Shown: positions 25,811-38,892 of the stretch, in pieces
How positions within the stretch are numbered: position 1 is the stretch's first letter
How the letters are laid out: every line of letters starts with the position of its first letter
NCBI RefSeq assembly: GCF_006345805.1
Contig: NC_043004.1
Span: 89,466,001 to 89,530,000, forward strand
DNA from: Octopus sinensis
Lineage: Eukaryota
Length of the DNA stretch: 64,000 nucleotides
Reading direction: 5' to 3'
Program-made: the position numbers and the translations under genes
Notes under the pieces: generated by a model
What the model saw: only the letters and a program-made list of their open reading frames with translations
The model's database searches: none
Told to the model about the DNA's origin: nothing

Positions 25811-26330
25811 GCTTGCTTACCAACCACATGGTTCTAGGTTCAGTCCCACTGTGTGGAACTTTGGGCAAGTGTCTTCTACTATAGCCTCGGGCCGACTAAA
25901 GCCTTGTGAGTGGATTTGGTAGACGGAAACTGAAAGAAGCCCGTCGTATATATATATATATATATACAGACACACACACACACATATATATGTATGTATT
26001 TGTGTGTCTGTGTTTGTCTACCCACCATTGCTTGACAACCGACGTTGGTGTATTTATGTCCCTGTAACTTAGTGGTTTGACAAAAGAGACCGATAGAATA
26101 AGGACTAGGCTTACAAAGAATAAGTTCTGGGGGTTGATTTGTTCGACTGCAGGCAGTGTTCCAGCATGGCATGGCCACAGTCAAATGACTGAAACAAATC
26201 ATCATCATCATCATTTAGTATCCGCTTTCCATGCTAGCATGGGTTGGACGGTTCAACTGGGGTCTGGGAGGCCAGAAGGCTGCACCAGGCCCAGTCTGAT
26301 CTGGCTGTTTCTAAATAAAAGAATAAAAGA

Positions 26331-26363
<33 letters not shown>

Positions 26364-26580
26364 AATATAATGAGCTTTTTCAGTTTCTGTTTACCAGATC
26401 CACTGACAAGGTTTTGGTTTACCCAGGGCTGTAGTAGAAGATCCTTGCCCAAGATGCTTTTCAGTGGGACTGAACCAAAAACCATGTGATTAGAAAGCAA
26501 GCTTCTTAACCTCACAGCCATACCTGTTTTTTTGTTTTTTTTGTCAGAAATGTCAGAAGGAAAAGTTTTCTCCAACTTAC

Positions 26581-26684
26581 TCATGAATCATATGCCGACA
26601 CTTAGGGATCCTTGAAGGTTTTCTGGAAGTATGCAGATTCTGAAGACAAACTGGGCATTCATTGTGAGATATTTTTTCTAGACA
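26581..26684 (-). CDS. RCHY1: RCHY1 exon 5: CLEKISHNECPVCLQNLHTSRKPSRIPKCRHMIH(E)
   Basis: 104 nt, ttttttttAG...GA|GTaagt. N-terminal half of the RING-H2 (CPVC...C-x-H-x2-H). Confidence 0.96.
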
Positions 26685-27258
26685 CTAAAAAAAAAAAAAA
26701 AAAATGAAAAAAAGATAAAAAAGATGAACTATTTAAGATTTTATTCACATAAAGAAATAGAAACTTTATTTCACTTTAATTTTTATTTTGTCCTCATCAT
26801 TCTATTCTGCAATTTGAAGAAGTTAACAATAAGCTATATGTAAGCGAAGTTCTTTTATGACAATGATGTACAGAAAGAGAGAAGGAAGCATAAATTATCT
26901 AATATATGAAATAGACATGTGTGTGTATTCACTTTTTGCGTGAAAATGGCTTCACTAATTACTTCTATACTTGTGATGCATGAATGATTTAACCTCAGAC
27001 ATATAATAGGGTCTTTATATTTATGATTCACATCTTTACAAAGGTTTCTCTAGGTCAACTTCCAGTACTGACGTAAAAACAGCAAAGTCTCTCACTCTCT
27101 ACTTTAATGTTTGCGATTTGTAAACAACTACGATAAATTGCTGTAAGAAACATTTACGAAGTTCACAAACTTAAATATTTGGTACAAGATAGTTTTTAAC
27201 ATGCTTTTATTTATACAATATTTTTCATTCCATGTTTATCTCATTCATTATTTGCAAT

Positions 27259-27296
<38 letters not shown>

Positions 27297-27899
27297 GGTT
27301 TGATTTTGTTCCGAACTCACACATTTCATTAATTTCCGTAAAAAACTTGTATCTATTTTCTTTTTGCACATCGTGTTCAGCTCTATGTATTTGTAGTCAG
27401 TCATACATGCACATGTGTGTTTTTCAATGAACATTTGTATACATTTATGTGTGCGTTTGTGGTGTCATGTATACGTACATACATAAATACATATGCATAC
27501 ATCTTTTTTCTATGTATGTGTGTGTGTGTGAGAGAGAGAGTGATAAGTGGCACGTTCTCTCTCTTTCTCTCACACACATCCATACAAGAAAGATATCATC
27601 ATCATCATCGTTTAACGTCCGTTCTCCATGCTAGCATGGGTTGGACGGTTCAACCGGGGATCTGGGAAGCCAGAAGGCTGCACTAGGCTCCAGTCTATAT
27701 ATCTATTTATTTATGTACATATAAATGACAACACACCCCTTCACTCGCTTTCTCTCTATCACACACACACACGTCTTTTTCATCTAATGTTTGATACCCT
27801 GTGTGTGCGTGTGTGTGTGTGTGTGTGTGTCTGTGTCTGAGTCTGTGTATGCATGCCTACAGGCAGCATTCCACAATTGCCAGAAAAAAACAGAGGAAT

Positions 27900-29400
27900 T
27901 TTCTTTCTTGATGCTTCTGGTGGCACAAGTAAAACATTTGTAACATTACTTCACTCCAAGGTAATGTAACAAAAAAGAATTGAAGTTGCTATACCATTGT
28001 CTGGCTTTGCTGCCACCATTCTCCCTAGGAGGACGAACAGCTCATTCTGCTTTTAAATTACTACTAAACCTGGTCACAAATGACAGTCCAATTTGTAACA
28101 TAAGCAAAGATCCAGGTTCACCAGAAGTGTTGTGTCAATGTCACCTTATCATTTGGGATGAATGCACCATGTCACATAAGGGTGCAATGGAAGCTCTTGG
28201 TAAGACCTTACAGGACACCAGAGGCAACAATAAATCTATAGAAGTTACATTAATTTTACCAGGAGACTTCAGACAGACATTACCAGTCATTCCGAGACAA
28301 ACAAGATCTGAGGAAATAAAAGCATGCATTAGGTCTTCACACCTATGGAATAAAGTACTGAAATCCTCATTCAATACTAATGTGCGACCTTTATTACATG
28401 GGGACCAATGTGCAAAACAGTTTTCAACCTGGCTCCTCCAATTAGGAAATGGAAAAGTACCATTTGATGGGAATGGTGATATCAGTTTGGCTCATATTGC
28501 TACCATGGTGAATTCCCCAGCTGAATTGAAGAACAGTGTTTTTCCAGACTTAAGTAATAATTATAATTCACATAAATGGTCGTGTGAAAGGGCAATTCTT
28601 GGTCCAAAAAACGAGACAGTAGCAAGGATTAACTATGAATTAATGAATAAGATTCCAACAGTCATTAAGAAGTACAAATCAGTTGATTCAGTCCTTCATG
28701 AAAATCAAGCTGTCCATTATCCAACAGAGTTCCTTAATTCTCTTGAACCACCTGGAATTCCTCCACATAAACTTTTTCTGAAGGTAGGAGTCCCAATAAT
28801 GCTTCTAAGAAATTCAGATCCTCCTAAATTATGCGAAGGGACAAGGTTGATTGTGAAGACATTACTACCTAATGTAACAGAAGCTAACATCATCAATGGA
28901 TGAGCCTCTAGGGAAGAGGTTTTCATTCCAAGAATTCCAATCAAACCAATAGACATGCCATTTGAGTGCAAATGAACACAATTCCAGGTGAGACTTTGCT
29001 TTTCAATGTCTATTAATAAAGCTCATGGTCAGTCTTTGAAATCTACTGGGCACCTTTAAGTTGGTTGCTCCAGGGAAGGTAGTTTGCAAGACTTATTTTG
29101 TCTATGCTCCAAACCAGAAAACAATAAAATGTTGTTTACCCAGAAGCTCTTACGTAATTTCCTTCAGCATAGAATTTATCTCCTTTCATAAAAGTGGTAA
29201 ATTTTGTATTTTGATTTATTATTATTATTAATTTGTATTATGAATTCAAAATTCATTTCCCAAAAAAAGAATAAATTGAATCCCAATTGAAGAATAAATT
29301 GAATTTAGAATAACAAATTTCTATACAACGTATTTTGCTTTTTTTTTCCAATATATATGGAAAAATTTAATTCCCAGGTAATGCTGAGTGCCTCTATTTA
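27900..29400 (+). mobile_element. Helitron PIF1-like helicase fragment, decayed, in RCHY1 intron 4
   Basis: FFLDASGGTSKT (mutated Walker A), GGRTAHSAFKL, LIIWDECTM, GDFRQTLPV, PIMLLRN...LCEGTRL, FSMSINKAHGQSL, with stops and frameshifts. Confidence 0.9.
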
Positions 29401-29555
29401 TAACAAGAAATGATTAAATCTTTTTTTTTTTAGTATAGAGAAATAAATAGACTTAAATGTTAGAAAAGCAAGTAATTTTAAGAAAAACTATCAAGTAAAA
29501 ATTGCAGAGAAAATTACAGAGAGAAAATTAATTTTTAACAAAGATTATTATTCAC

Positions 29556-29634
29556 CTCATGCGAGTCTTTCATAGTCAACAAAAGGCACACATCACATTT
29601 TTCACAATGAAAATAGTTTTCTCGTCCACCAACC
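29556..29634 (-). CDS. RCHY1: RCHY1 exon 4: (R)VGGRENYFHCEKCDVCLLLTMKDSHE
   Basis: 79 nt, tttttgttacAG...GAG|GTgaat. Matches the Pirh2 IG-x2-ENFFHC-x2-C-x2-C motif. Confidence 0.96.
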
Positions 29635-29920
29635 CTGTAACAAAAAAAAAATAGAAAAATATATTAAATATGTGTGTGTGCACGCGTGCATGTGCATATA
29701 TACACACAGTAGAACCTCAGTTTTTTAACAACTCTGATCACAAATAAATCATACTTTATCTTCTGTCTTTCTCATATTCATTTAATACAGTAGTACCTCA
29801 GTTTATGAATGCCTCTGATCATGATTAAATTGTGCTTTATATATATCTATCTGTATATATAATGCACAATTTACTTGAGATCAGAGTTGTTAGAAAACCG
29901 AGTTACTACTATGTATATAT

Positions 29921-29964
<44 letters not shown>

Positions 29965-29974
<10 letters not shown>

Positions 29975-30221
29975 ATTGAGGTAATCAGATCAGATGGTTC
30001 ATATTTGTAGATATTTATTTATATATTACATTTTTTACATATATATCATATCATATCATTTGGATTTCGGATTAGCGCTTGCTCCCATTCTAGTGGGCTT
30101 TTCAAATCAAATCAGTTGTGGGAAGTTTGAACATTTTATAGTTTTGTAGTAGTGGGTGAGGAGGAAGTGAGACAGAGAAAAAATGTGTGTATGTGTATGT
30201 GTGTGTGTGTGTGTATATGTG

Positions 30222-30261
<40 letters not shown>

Positions 30262-31969
30262 TTTATATCTGAGAGTGAAGAAGTGTTATTTCCGTTGGTC
30301 TACTGGACCGCCTGTGGTTTTATAAGAACTTTGGCCGTCCATTTCGATATCACTGAGTGTGTGTTGTGCGTAGGTTGGCCTGGCAAATGTCATTTGGGGT
30401 CACACTTTCTATGATCATTCTGTGGAGGTGTGTGTGTGTGTGTGTGTGTGTTTTTGTGTGCGTGCGTGTGTGTGTATGTGTGTGTGTGTCTGTGTGTTTG
30501 GAGAAGGGGAGAGACAAAAAGAGAAAAGGGAAAATTAAAAAAATAATAATAAAAATAAAAAAATATAGAAATATAAAAATAAAAAATAAAATATAAAAAA
30601 ATAAAAAATAAAAAATATAAAGAATAAATAAAAATATAAAAAAAAAAAAAAATAAAAATAAAAATAAGGGAGGAAGTGGAGAAGAAAAAATATTTTTGTG
30701 TGTTGATATTTATACCAACACATATATATACACACACACAGACTTATACATAAAATATTTGAAAAAACCTTTTTATTGGTTCAAAATGAACAACCAAATT
30801 ATACCATCTTGAAAATTGTATATCATAGGAAAGTTAAAATTAAAGTGACAATTAAAAGGTAAAGATGGAAGTGAATTATAAAGATAATAATATAATATGA
30901 TGTATATAACAGGCAATACACACATCTACACACACACAGATTTGTCCTTCAATGTATGTTGAGTAAAGTTTCAGCCATTTAATTTGGGGGAGAACTTAGC
31001 TATGAAACGTTTTTCCATATTCCTCCTGAAGGGGGTGTCGTTCTTTGGACACTTGTAGAAGGGAAATATCTTAAATTTTCCTTCTCCACATGTAGCTAGG
31101 TGTGTGCTTAGTGGTATTTTGCGTAGTTCTTCCTGCCGAATATGTTGTCGGTGGATCCTGGCTCGCTGGCACAAAGAATTACCAGTTTCACCTACGTAAT
31201 TCTCCTTGCACGTGGGGCAGGTTATGCAGTATATGACGTTCTGCGTCTTGCAGTTCATATCTGCATTTACTTTGAATATGACACCATTTTTAAATCTTAT
31301 CTCTCTGTTGCTCTCTATGTATTTGTAGGTGGGGTTGCTGCAGGTCCCACATCTACCATCTCCGCACTCTTTTGCAAAGAATTCCGTTTTAGTTTCTGAA
31401 GAGAATTTCGCTCTTGTTAGGTGTTTTTTTTAGGTTTTTGTCCTGATGTCTACTGTTTTTTATGCTATATTTGTTTAATATGTTTTTCATTTTGGGGCTC
31501 TGTAAGGCTATTGTAGGTTTGAATGTATGGTTTGAAGATGTTGGTAACTCCAGGGTTGTGTGTGTTTATAAAAGGGATAGTGTTTTCTTTGTTTTTTGTT
31601 TTGGGTGTCCTGAGTTGTGTGATGTCTAGTTTTAATGCTCTTGTGATTCCATTTTCTATTAGTTTAAGGGGGTATTTTTGCTCTAGGAGGAAGCTTTGAG
31701 TTCATCTAGTCTTATTAATCGTATTTGTGAATCAGTTACTATGCTACATATTCGTCGTGCCATACTATATGGGATGTTTCTTTTTGTGTGGGATGGGTGG
31801 CAGGAGTGAAAATTTAAGTATTGATGTGTGTCAGTTTTTTTGTAGTGGATGTCTGTTGTGACGATGGAGTTGTGTATTTTGATGTTGATGTCTAGGAAGG
31901 GAAGTTCGTTGTGGCTGGTATCTATTGTGAAATTGATAGATGGGTGCAGCGTATTGAGGATGTTGTGGA

Positions 31970-32007
<38 letters not shown>

Positions 32008-32465
32008 GCACACAAAAACACACACACAGAATGATCATAGAAAGTGTGACCCCAAATGACATTTGCCAGGCCAACCTACGCACAACACACACTCAGTGAC
32101 ATCGAAATGGCCAAAGTTCTTATAAAACCACAGGCGGTCCAGTAGACCAACGGAAATAACACTTCTTCACTCTCAGATATAAACGCGCACACACACACAC
32201 ACACGCACACACACATATATACACACACACACATACACATACACACATTTTTTCTCTGTCTCACTTCCTCCTCACCCACTACTACAAAACTATAAAATGT
32301 TCAAACTTCCCACAACTGATTTGATTTGAAAAGCCCACTAGAATGGGAGCAAGCGCTAATCCGAAATCCGAATGATATATGATATATATGTAAAAAATGT
32401 AATATATAAATAAATATCTACAAATATGAACCATCTGATCTGATTACCTCAATTTTTCTAATATA
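29965..32465 (-). mobile_element. 5'-truncated Penelope-like retroelement (RT thumb plus GIY-YIG) with an inverted copy of its 3' end at its 5' side
   Basis: RT C-terminus LPFLDINIK...HYKKTDTHQYLNFHSCHP (31683-32027), one frameshift, CGDGRCGTC knuckle, and GIY-YIG NVIYCITCPTCKENYVGETG...EKRFIAKFSPKLN (30971-31258). About 500-bp inverted arms at 29965-30500 and 31975-32465. Confidence 0.88.
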
Positions 32466-35000
32466 TAATACCTGTACATCATCTCCAAACCTTCCGATAT
32501 ATATATATATATATATGTATTAGAAGAAATGAGATACTCAGAAATCTGGATGGTTTTATATTTAAAGATATTTATTAAAATGTCACATGTTTTTTATAAA
32601 TCATATATTAGCGCTTGTGTCCAATCTGATGACTCCACTAGAGTGGACACAAGCGCTAATGTATGATTTATAAAAACATGTGACATATTAATAAATATCT
32701 TTAAATATAAAACCATCCAGATTTCTGAGCACCTCATTTTTTCTAATATATAATACCTGTACATCATCTCCAAACCTTCTAATATATATGTGTATATGTA
32801 TGTATGTATGTATATATTTTTGTACAACTGTAGGAAGTTACAGATTTTCTACAACCATATAACCTAACTGTCTCCAATCCTCACCTGTTTCCAAACAGGA
32901 TAATATTTTTTATTGTCAAGGCATGTTTACATAGTTGACAAGAAATGACATTGTGCATATGGTGGTAACACCCCACCTATCACTTCAGGTGAAGAACACA
33001 ACACACACATTCACATGCATGCACACACAAACAGGCTTGTTTCAGTTCCCATTTCTACTAAATATACTCACAAGGCCTTGGTTAACCCAGTGTTATAGAC
33101 AAAGACACCTGCCCAGAATGCCACGAAGTGAGATTGAACCTGAAATTATGTGGCGAGGAAACAAACTTCTTAACAACACAAGTATGTCTACACCTAAAAA
33201 CATAATTATGTGTGTGTGTGTGTGTGAGATATCATCATCATCGTTTAACGTGCGTTTTCCATGCTAGCACAGGTTGGATGGTTCGGCCGCGGTCCAGGAA
33301 GCCAGGAGGCTGTACCAGGCTCCAGTCTGATCTGACAGTGTTTCTACAGCTGGATGCCCTTCCTAACGCCAACCACTCTGCAAGTGTAGTGGGTGCTTTT
33401 TACGTGCCACCAGCACAGGTGCCAGTGGAAGCTGGCAACAGCCACGATCGGTTGGTGCTTTTTATGTGCATGTGCCACTGGCACGGAAGCCAGTCAAGGC
33501 GGCACTGACATCAGCCACGTTCGGATGGTGCTTTTTACATGCCACCAGCACAGGTATCACAACTACAATTTCCATTTGATATTTATTTTGATGTTGATGT
33601 ACTTGACTCAATAGGTCTCCTCAAGCACAGCAGGTCACCCTACGATCCATCAATATTCAGGCATGGGGGCTGCATGGTTCAACAGGAACTGACAAGCCAG
33701 AAGACTGTGCTGAGGTCCAATATCTGCTTTGGTATGGTTTCTATAGCTGGATGCCTTTCCTAACATCAATTACTTTAAAGAAGGTATTGGGTGATTTTTT
33801 TCATGGCACTATTACTAGTGAGGTGACCGAGAGAGAGAGAGAGAGAGTGTGTGTATGTGTATGCTCCCACTTGTGTATCATCATCCTTAATTAGTTTATA
33901 GACTGTTCATTTGCACTGCTGTAGAAAGATTTGTTCCTGTTAGATCATATACCAAACCATCCAGTGAACTTGAAAGAGTTTTCCGATAATGTGAGAGTAG
34001 AATGTATCCCCCAGAATAATTTTGCTATTGTCGTAGCTAACTTCAAGACAAATTTTCTGAAAACCGAAAAACTGTGAAGCAACTTATGAAAGTAATTGAT
34101 GAGACAGGTTGAAAACTTAGCAGCCAGAGTAAGAAGAAAGCAGCAAATGTTCAAGAATCTATTACTTCTATTGATTATATGGTGATTTGCTTTTCAAGTG
34201 AATGGTAGATTGAATATTACTTTTGCATATTGTATATTGTAGATTATAAGAATGAAAAAGATCTTCACCTTCCTGATGTCAATGGCTAATATTATTATCA
34301 GTTTTTTAGTAGGTGTAGGAGACAACTCCAAATATGTTTTGGTTAAATAATTATTATAACCTCATCAGCAGAGCAAACAATTCACTATAGGTGCATGCAC
34401 AGCTGTGTAGTAAGATGCTTGCTTCATAACCACATGGTTCCAGGTTCAGTCTCATTGTGTGGTACCTTGGGCAAATGTCTATTATAGCCTTGGGCCAACC
34501 AAAGCTTTGTGAGTGGATTTGGTAGATGGAAACTAGAGGAAGCTTGTCATACATATATCTGTGTGTGTGTGTGTTTTTGTGCCTGTTCCCCACCATTGAT
34601 TGACAGCCGGTGTTGGTGTTTACGTCCTCATAACTTAGTGATTCGGCATAAGGGACCAATAGAATAAGTACCAGGGTTAGCAAATAAAATGAAGAATTAG
34701 GGTTGATTCAAAATGGCCACAATCTAATGACTGAAGTAAGTCAAAGATAAAAGATACATTCCAAAGTAGTGGAAAAGACTTAGTAAAGATAGAAGACTGT
34801 ACACTAATTGGCATAGCAATATAGAATTGTACAAAACAATTCTAGGAAAATTTCAACGATGAGGTTTCATATACAGGACCACCAAAAGTCAATTTCAACT
34901 AAATGATTTAACCTAACTTAGATAATTGGGTAAGAAAGACAAAGAGAAATGATTTTATGACACAGTTCTAAATTTAAGAGATGAGGAATTATGTACATTT

Positions 35001-35372
35001 TTTACATTTGACGGATATTTTTCCTCATCTTATTTGTTGTTAACACAAATCAGATGTCTTGGGGAAATTTCGAACCTGGATTCTCATTCCTAAGGTATTT
35101 TTGTTGTTGTTGTTATTGTTATTATTATTCAGGTCACTGCCTGGAATCAAACTTGGAATCTTGGGGTTAGTAGCCAGCACTCTTAACCACTACACCATAT
35201 GCCCGTAACCTGAACAACAACAACAATAGCAACAACAACATCGAAAAATACCTTAGGAATGAGAACCCAGGTTCGAAATTTCCTCCAAGACACCTGATGA
35301 AGGCTGGAGGGTATATCAGCCGAAACGTGTTAACAACAAACAAGATGAGGACAAATATCTGTCAAATGTAAA
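35001..35372. mobile_element. Palindromic non-autonomous element with a tRNA-like centre and a hammerhead-like motif in one arm
   Basis: Inverted arms at 35001-35134 and 35207-35372. Centre 35131-35204 (minus) has A-box TGGTGTAGTGG and B-box-like AGTTTGATTCC. CTGATGA-a-GGCTG..CAGCC-GAAA at 35294-35325. Confidence 0.75.
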
Positions 35373-35412
35373 TAATGATTTCAGGACATTCTAAAAAAAC
35401 ATTTCTTCTCAC

Positions 35413-35531
35413 CGACAGAGTCCGCAACCATCACAGTGAAATTGTTTTAGGTCATTGCTATCATAAAGTCGACACTTGCCGCAGAAGTACTGTGCAAACT
35501 TGATGTCACATTTTGAACAACGGTCACCAAC
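35413..35531 (-). CDS. RCHY1: RCHY1 exon 3: VGDRCSKCDIKFAQYFCGKCRLYDSNDLKQFHCDGCGLC(R)
   Basis: 119 nt, catttctttcAG...CG|GTgaga. CHY/CTCHY zinc-binding motifs. Confidence 0.96.
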
Positions 35532-35865
35532 CTGAAAGAAATGATGCAAAAAGAAAAAAAAATTAAAAATAACAAAGTAACATGTGTATTTATGTGTGTG
35601 TATAATGTAATACTTTCTAATATAAGTGCAAAGCCTGAAATTTTTGTGGGGATGGTGGGGCTAGTCAATTACACTGACCCCAGTGTTCAACTGGTACTTA
35701 ATTAATCAACTTTTGAAAGGATCAAAGGCAAAGTCGACCTCGGCAGAGTTTGAACTCAGAACATAAAGAAAACCAGAAGAAATACCACTGAGCTCACAAT
35801 TCTCCAACTCACCACCTTTAGTGTGTATTAAATAATACATATACATAAGAAGCATCAGATGTGGC

Positions 35866-36130
35866 ATGCAGGAGAGACATTTGCATTGGTATGGTCATGT
35901 ACTACGGATGGATGAGGAGAGATGTGTGAAGAAGTGCCACTCCCAAACAGTTGAAGGAATCTGGGGTAGAGGTAGACCCAGAAAGACATGGAATGAGGTG
36001 GTCAAGCATGACCTTCAAATGTTGGGCCTCACAGAGGCAATGACAAAAGACCAAGACATCAAGAGATATGCTGTGGCTACGAAGACCCAACAAATGAAGT
36101 GAGTTCATGCCTTACAGGATGGCCTGCTGT
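35866..36130 (+). mobile_element. RTE-type LINE 3' fragment
   Basis: LHWYGHVLRMDEERCVKKC...GRGRPRKTWNEVVKHDL. Confidence 0.8.
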
Positions 36131-37734
36131 GCTTACCTTGGATCATAGGGCAACCTGCTGTACTTGAGGAGACCTACTGAGTCAAGTACATTAACATCAA
36201 AATAAAAATCAAATGGAAATTGTAGTTGTGATACCCGTGCCAGTGGCACGTAAAAAGCACCAACCGATCGTGGCCGTTGCCAGCCTCCTCTGGCCACTGT
36301 GCCGGTAGCACATAAAAAGCACCCACTACACTCACAAAGTGGTTGGCATTAGGAAGGGCATCCAGCTGTAGAAACACTGCCAGATCAGACTGGAGCCTTG
36401 TGCAGTATCCTGGCTTCCCAGACCCTGGTCAAACCATCGAACCCAGCTGGATGCCCTTCCTAATGCCAACCACATGGAAAGCGGATGTTAAACGATGATG
36501 TTGATGATGATGATGACATACATACATACACACACACATATATATATATAACATACACACACACACTATATATATAATTGTTTCATGTTTAAATCAGCCA
36601 GATTTGGCCTCTCGCAAGTACCCTACTATGTCATTCTAAAAACAAACAATCACCTCATCGAAATCTTGAAGCTACAACATAAGCCATAATTAATTCAAAA
36701 CAATGTGAATAAATAAGCATTAGATGTGACAGAGTAATCTGAATGCTAAATGGTTAAAGAACACATAGAATGCAGATAGAAATGATAAGATACAGATGTT
36801 AAAGTAGGTGGTATCTGTAGTGCAAATCATTTTAAAACTGAACATAGGCTATGAATTAGCCATCATTACTCCTTCAAAACTTCCATGCTTCCTGAGATTC
36901 GCCAACACTACACTTGATTTTCTCCCCTCCATACACACACAAGCATGTATCTGACTCATACACTGTTCACTTTCCAGACATTTCTACATTACTGCATGTA
37001 CTTTATATGCACTTTCTGACAAGTTGTGGTGCACCTGAGCACTGTATACAATAATTTCATTATTATTATTATTATTATTATCAGATCAATGGTTCTCAAC
37101 CAGAGTCCATATGGCCCTGATGGGGTTCCATAGAAGATTTTGCTGATAAAATTTATCTGCAATAAACTTGTTATACTTCTACAATTCATAAAATATAGGA
37201 ATCAAAGGAGTACCCTGTTGTACTATTTCGCCACAACTTTCTCTCACTCTCTCTTCCTGTGTCTTGAGTAACGCTGTGATGGACTGGCGTCCCGTCCAGC
37301 TTGGGGAACACATACGCCACAGAAACCGGGAAACCGAGCCCATGAGCCTGGCTAGGCTTGAAAAGGCTGACGTTTATATATATATATCATCGTTTAACGT
37401 CCGCTTTCCATGCTGGCATATATATATATATATATATATAAGTAGACAAAATGAGCTGATATAGGTACTTTAGTTACACAATTGATTACAAATATGCATC
37501 AACAAATAAATATGCTATATATAGCCAAAGTGAAACTAGAATTATTAAAATGGTTAAGTCAGTTGATGCAAGAAGAAATGATTTGCTATACAAATGTGTT
37601 AATGTAAAAACCCAAATTAATTTTAAAAGTACCAGAGTTACATTTTCTACCTGAATAAAACAAAGTGTATTTAACTCTTCTCATAGAAAACCTACCTCAG
37701 ATTGACTCTGATTCTATGCTACAGAATTCCTATT

Positions 37735-37964
37735 TTAACCTTTTCATTACCATATTTACATTGAGATGCTCTGTGTTTCTTTCAATTAATTTTAAATAGA
37801 ACAAAGAATTTAGTAAAATAACTTAGTTATCATTAAGCTAGTGTTAGGAACATAAATTGTGTCTAAGGCTTGGTGGAAGATTTTAATTCAGAACTTTTGA
37901 AAACAAGACATTTGTACCATAGAGCCAGAGGTGGCTTAAGGTGGGTTGGTATCAAAAGGGTTAA
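37735..37964. mobile_element. TTAA-flanked piggyBac-like MITE, second family
   Basis: TTAA|ccttttcattacc ... ggtatcaaaaggg|TTAA. Confidence 0.7.
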
Positions 37965-38248
37965 AGTAACGTCCTAGCAGAGGCATTTGTCATAATACTG
38001 GATTCTTGATCTACCCTTAGGTCTCTTGCTGGTTGCTTGTCTAGAAGCATCTGTCTTGAGTTTTTCCTGCAACATTCTAGTCATAAGTCCTGGAGCTGTA
38101 ACATCTCAATGTGGAGAAGTAGTGGCTCAACCTGGAGACACCTCGATTGCCAAGCTACACACCTTGTAATATTTTAAAGGTTGTAATACTAAGTAACTGA
38201 GCAAATAGCTGACATAGAAATGAGAAAATTAAAAACAACTAAACTTAC

Positions 38249-38368
38249 GGGCTGTCTTGTTGAGCATTTGTTACACACTATTTCCTCAACTGTAGTCCGA
38301 TCTAAAGTGTGATCTTCAACATCATCATGGCATACCCGGCATACATATACCTTGTTGCAGCAAGGTGC
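38249..38368 (-). CDS. RCHY1: RCHY1 exon 2: APCCNKVYVCRVCHDDVEDHTLDRTTVEEIVCNKCSTRQP
   Basis: 120 nt, ttttttaatgcAG...CCC|GTaagt. CHY zinc finger APCC...C-R-x-CHD. Confidence 0.97.
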
Positions 38369-38892
38369 CTGCATTAAAAAAAGGAAGAAAAAAAACAATG
38401 AGAGAGAGAAAAGTAATTGAAATATATATTAATTTCATCATCTGACACAAGATCAACTTCTCTGAAAATTCCTTGCTTGCAAGTTACTTTGTGACCCTGC
38501 TGGTGATGGTGCCACATAAAAAGCATCCAGTGCACTGTTACATGGTTGGCATTTGGAAGGGCATCCAGCTGTAAAAACCATGCCAAAACTAACCTCACCC
38601 AAGCTGGTGCAATGTAAAAACCACTCAGTGCACTCTGCAGGGTTGTTGGTGTTAGGAAGGGCATCCGGCTGTAAAAACCATGCAAAAACAGACACAACAA
38701 CCTGATATAGACTTCTACTTGGCCAGCTCCTGTCAAACCCGTGCCAGCATAGAAGATGGACATTAAATGCTGCTGATAATGAATCAAGTTAATAACAAGC
38801 AGCTCAGCTTTCTAAAAGGTTTTTAGCATCAATATAAAGTCAGTGAAAACATACATAAAACAAAATGAATTTGATAGCTTACTACCTGTACA

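Noticed and set aside
35131-35204. Possible tRNA gene
   Set aside because: The B box is degenerate, the acceptor stem is poor and it is embedded in a palindromic repeat. Treated as a tRNA-derived head.
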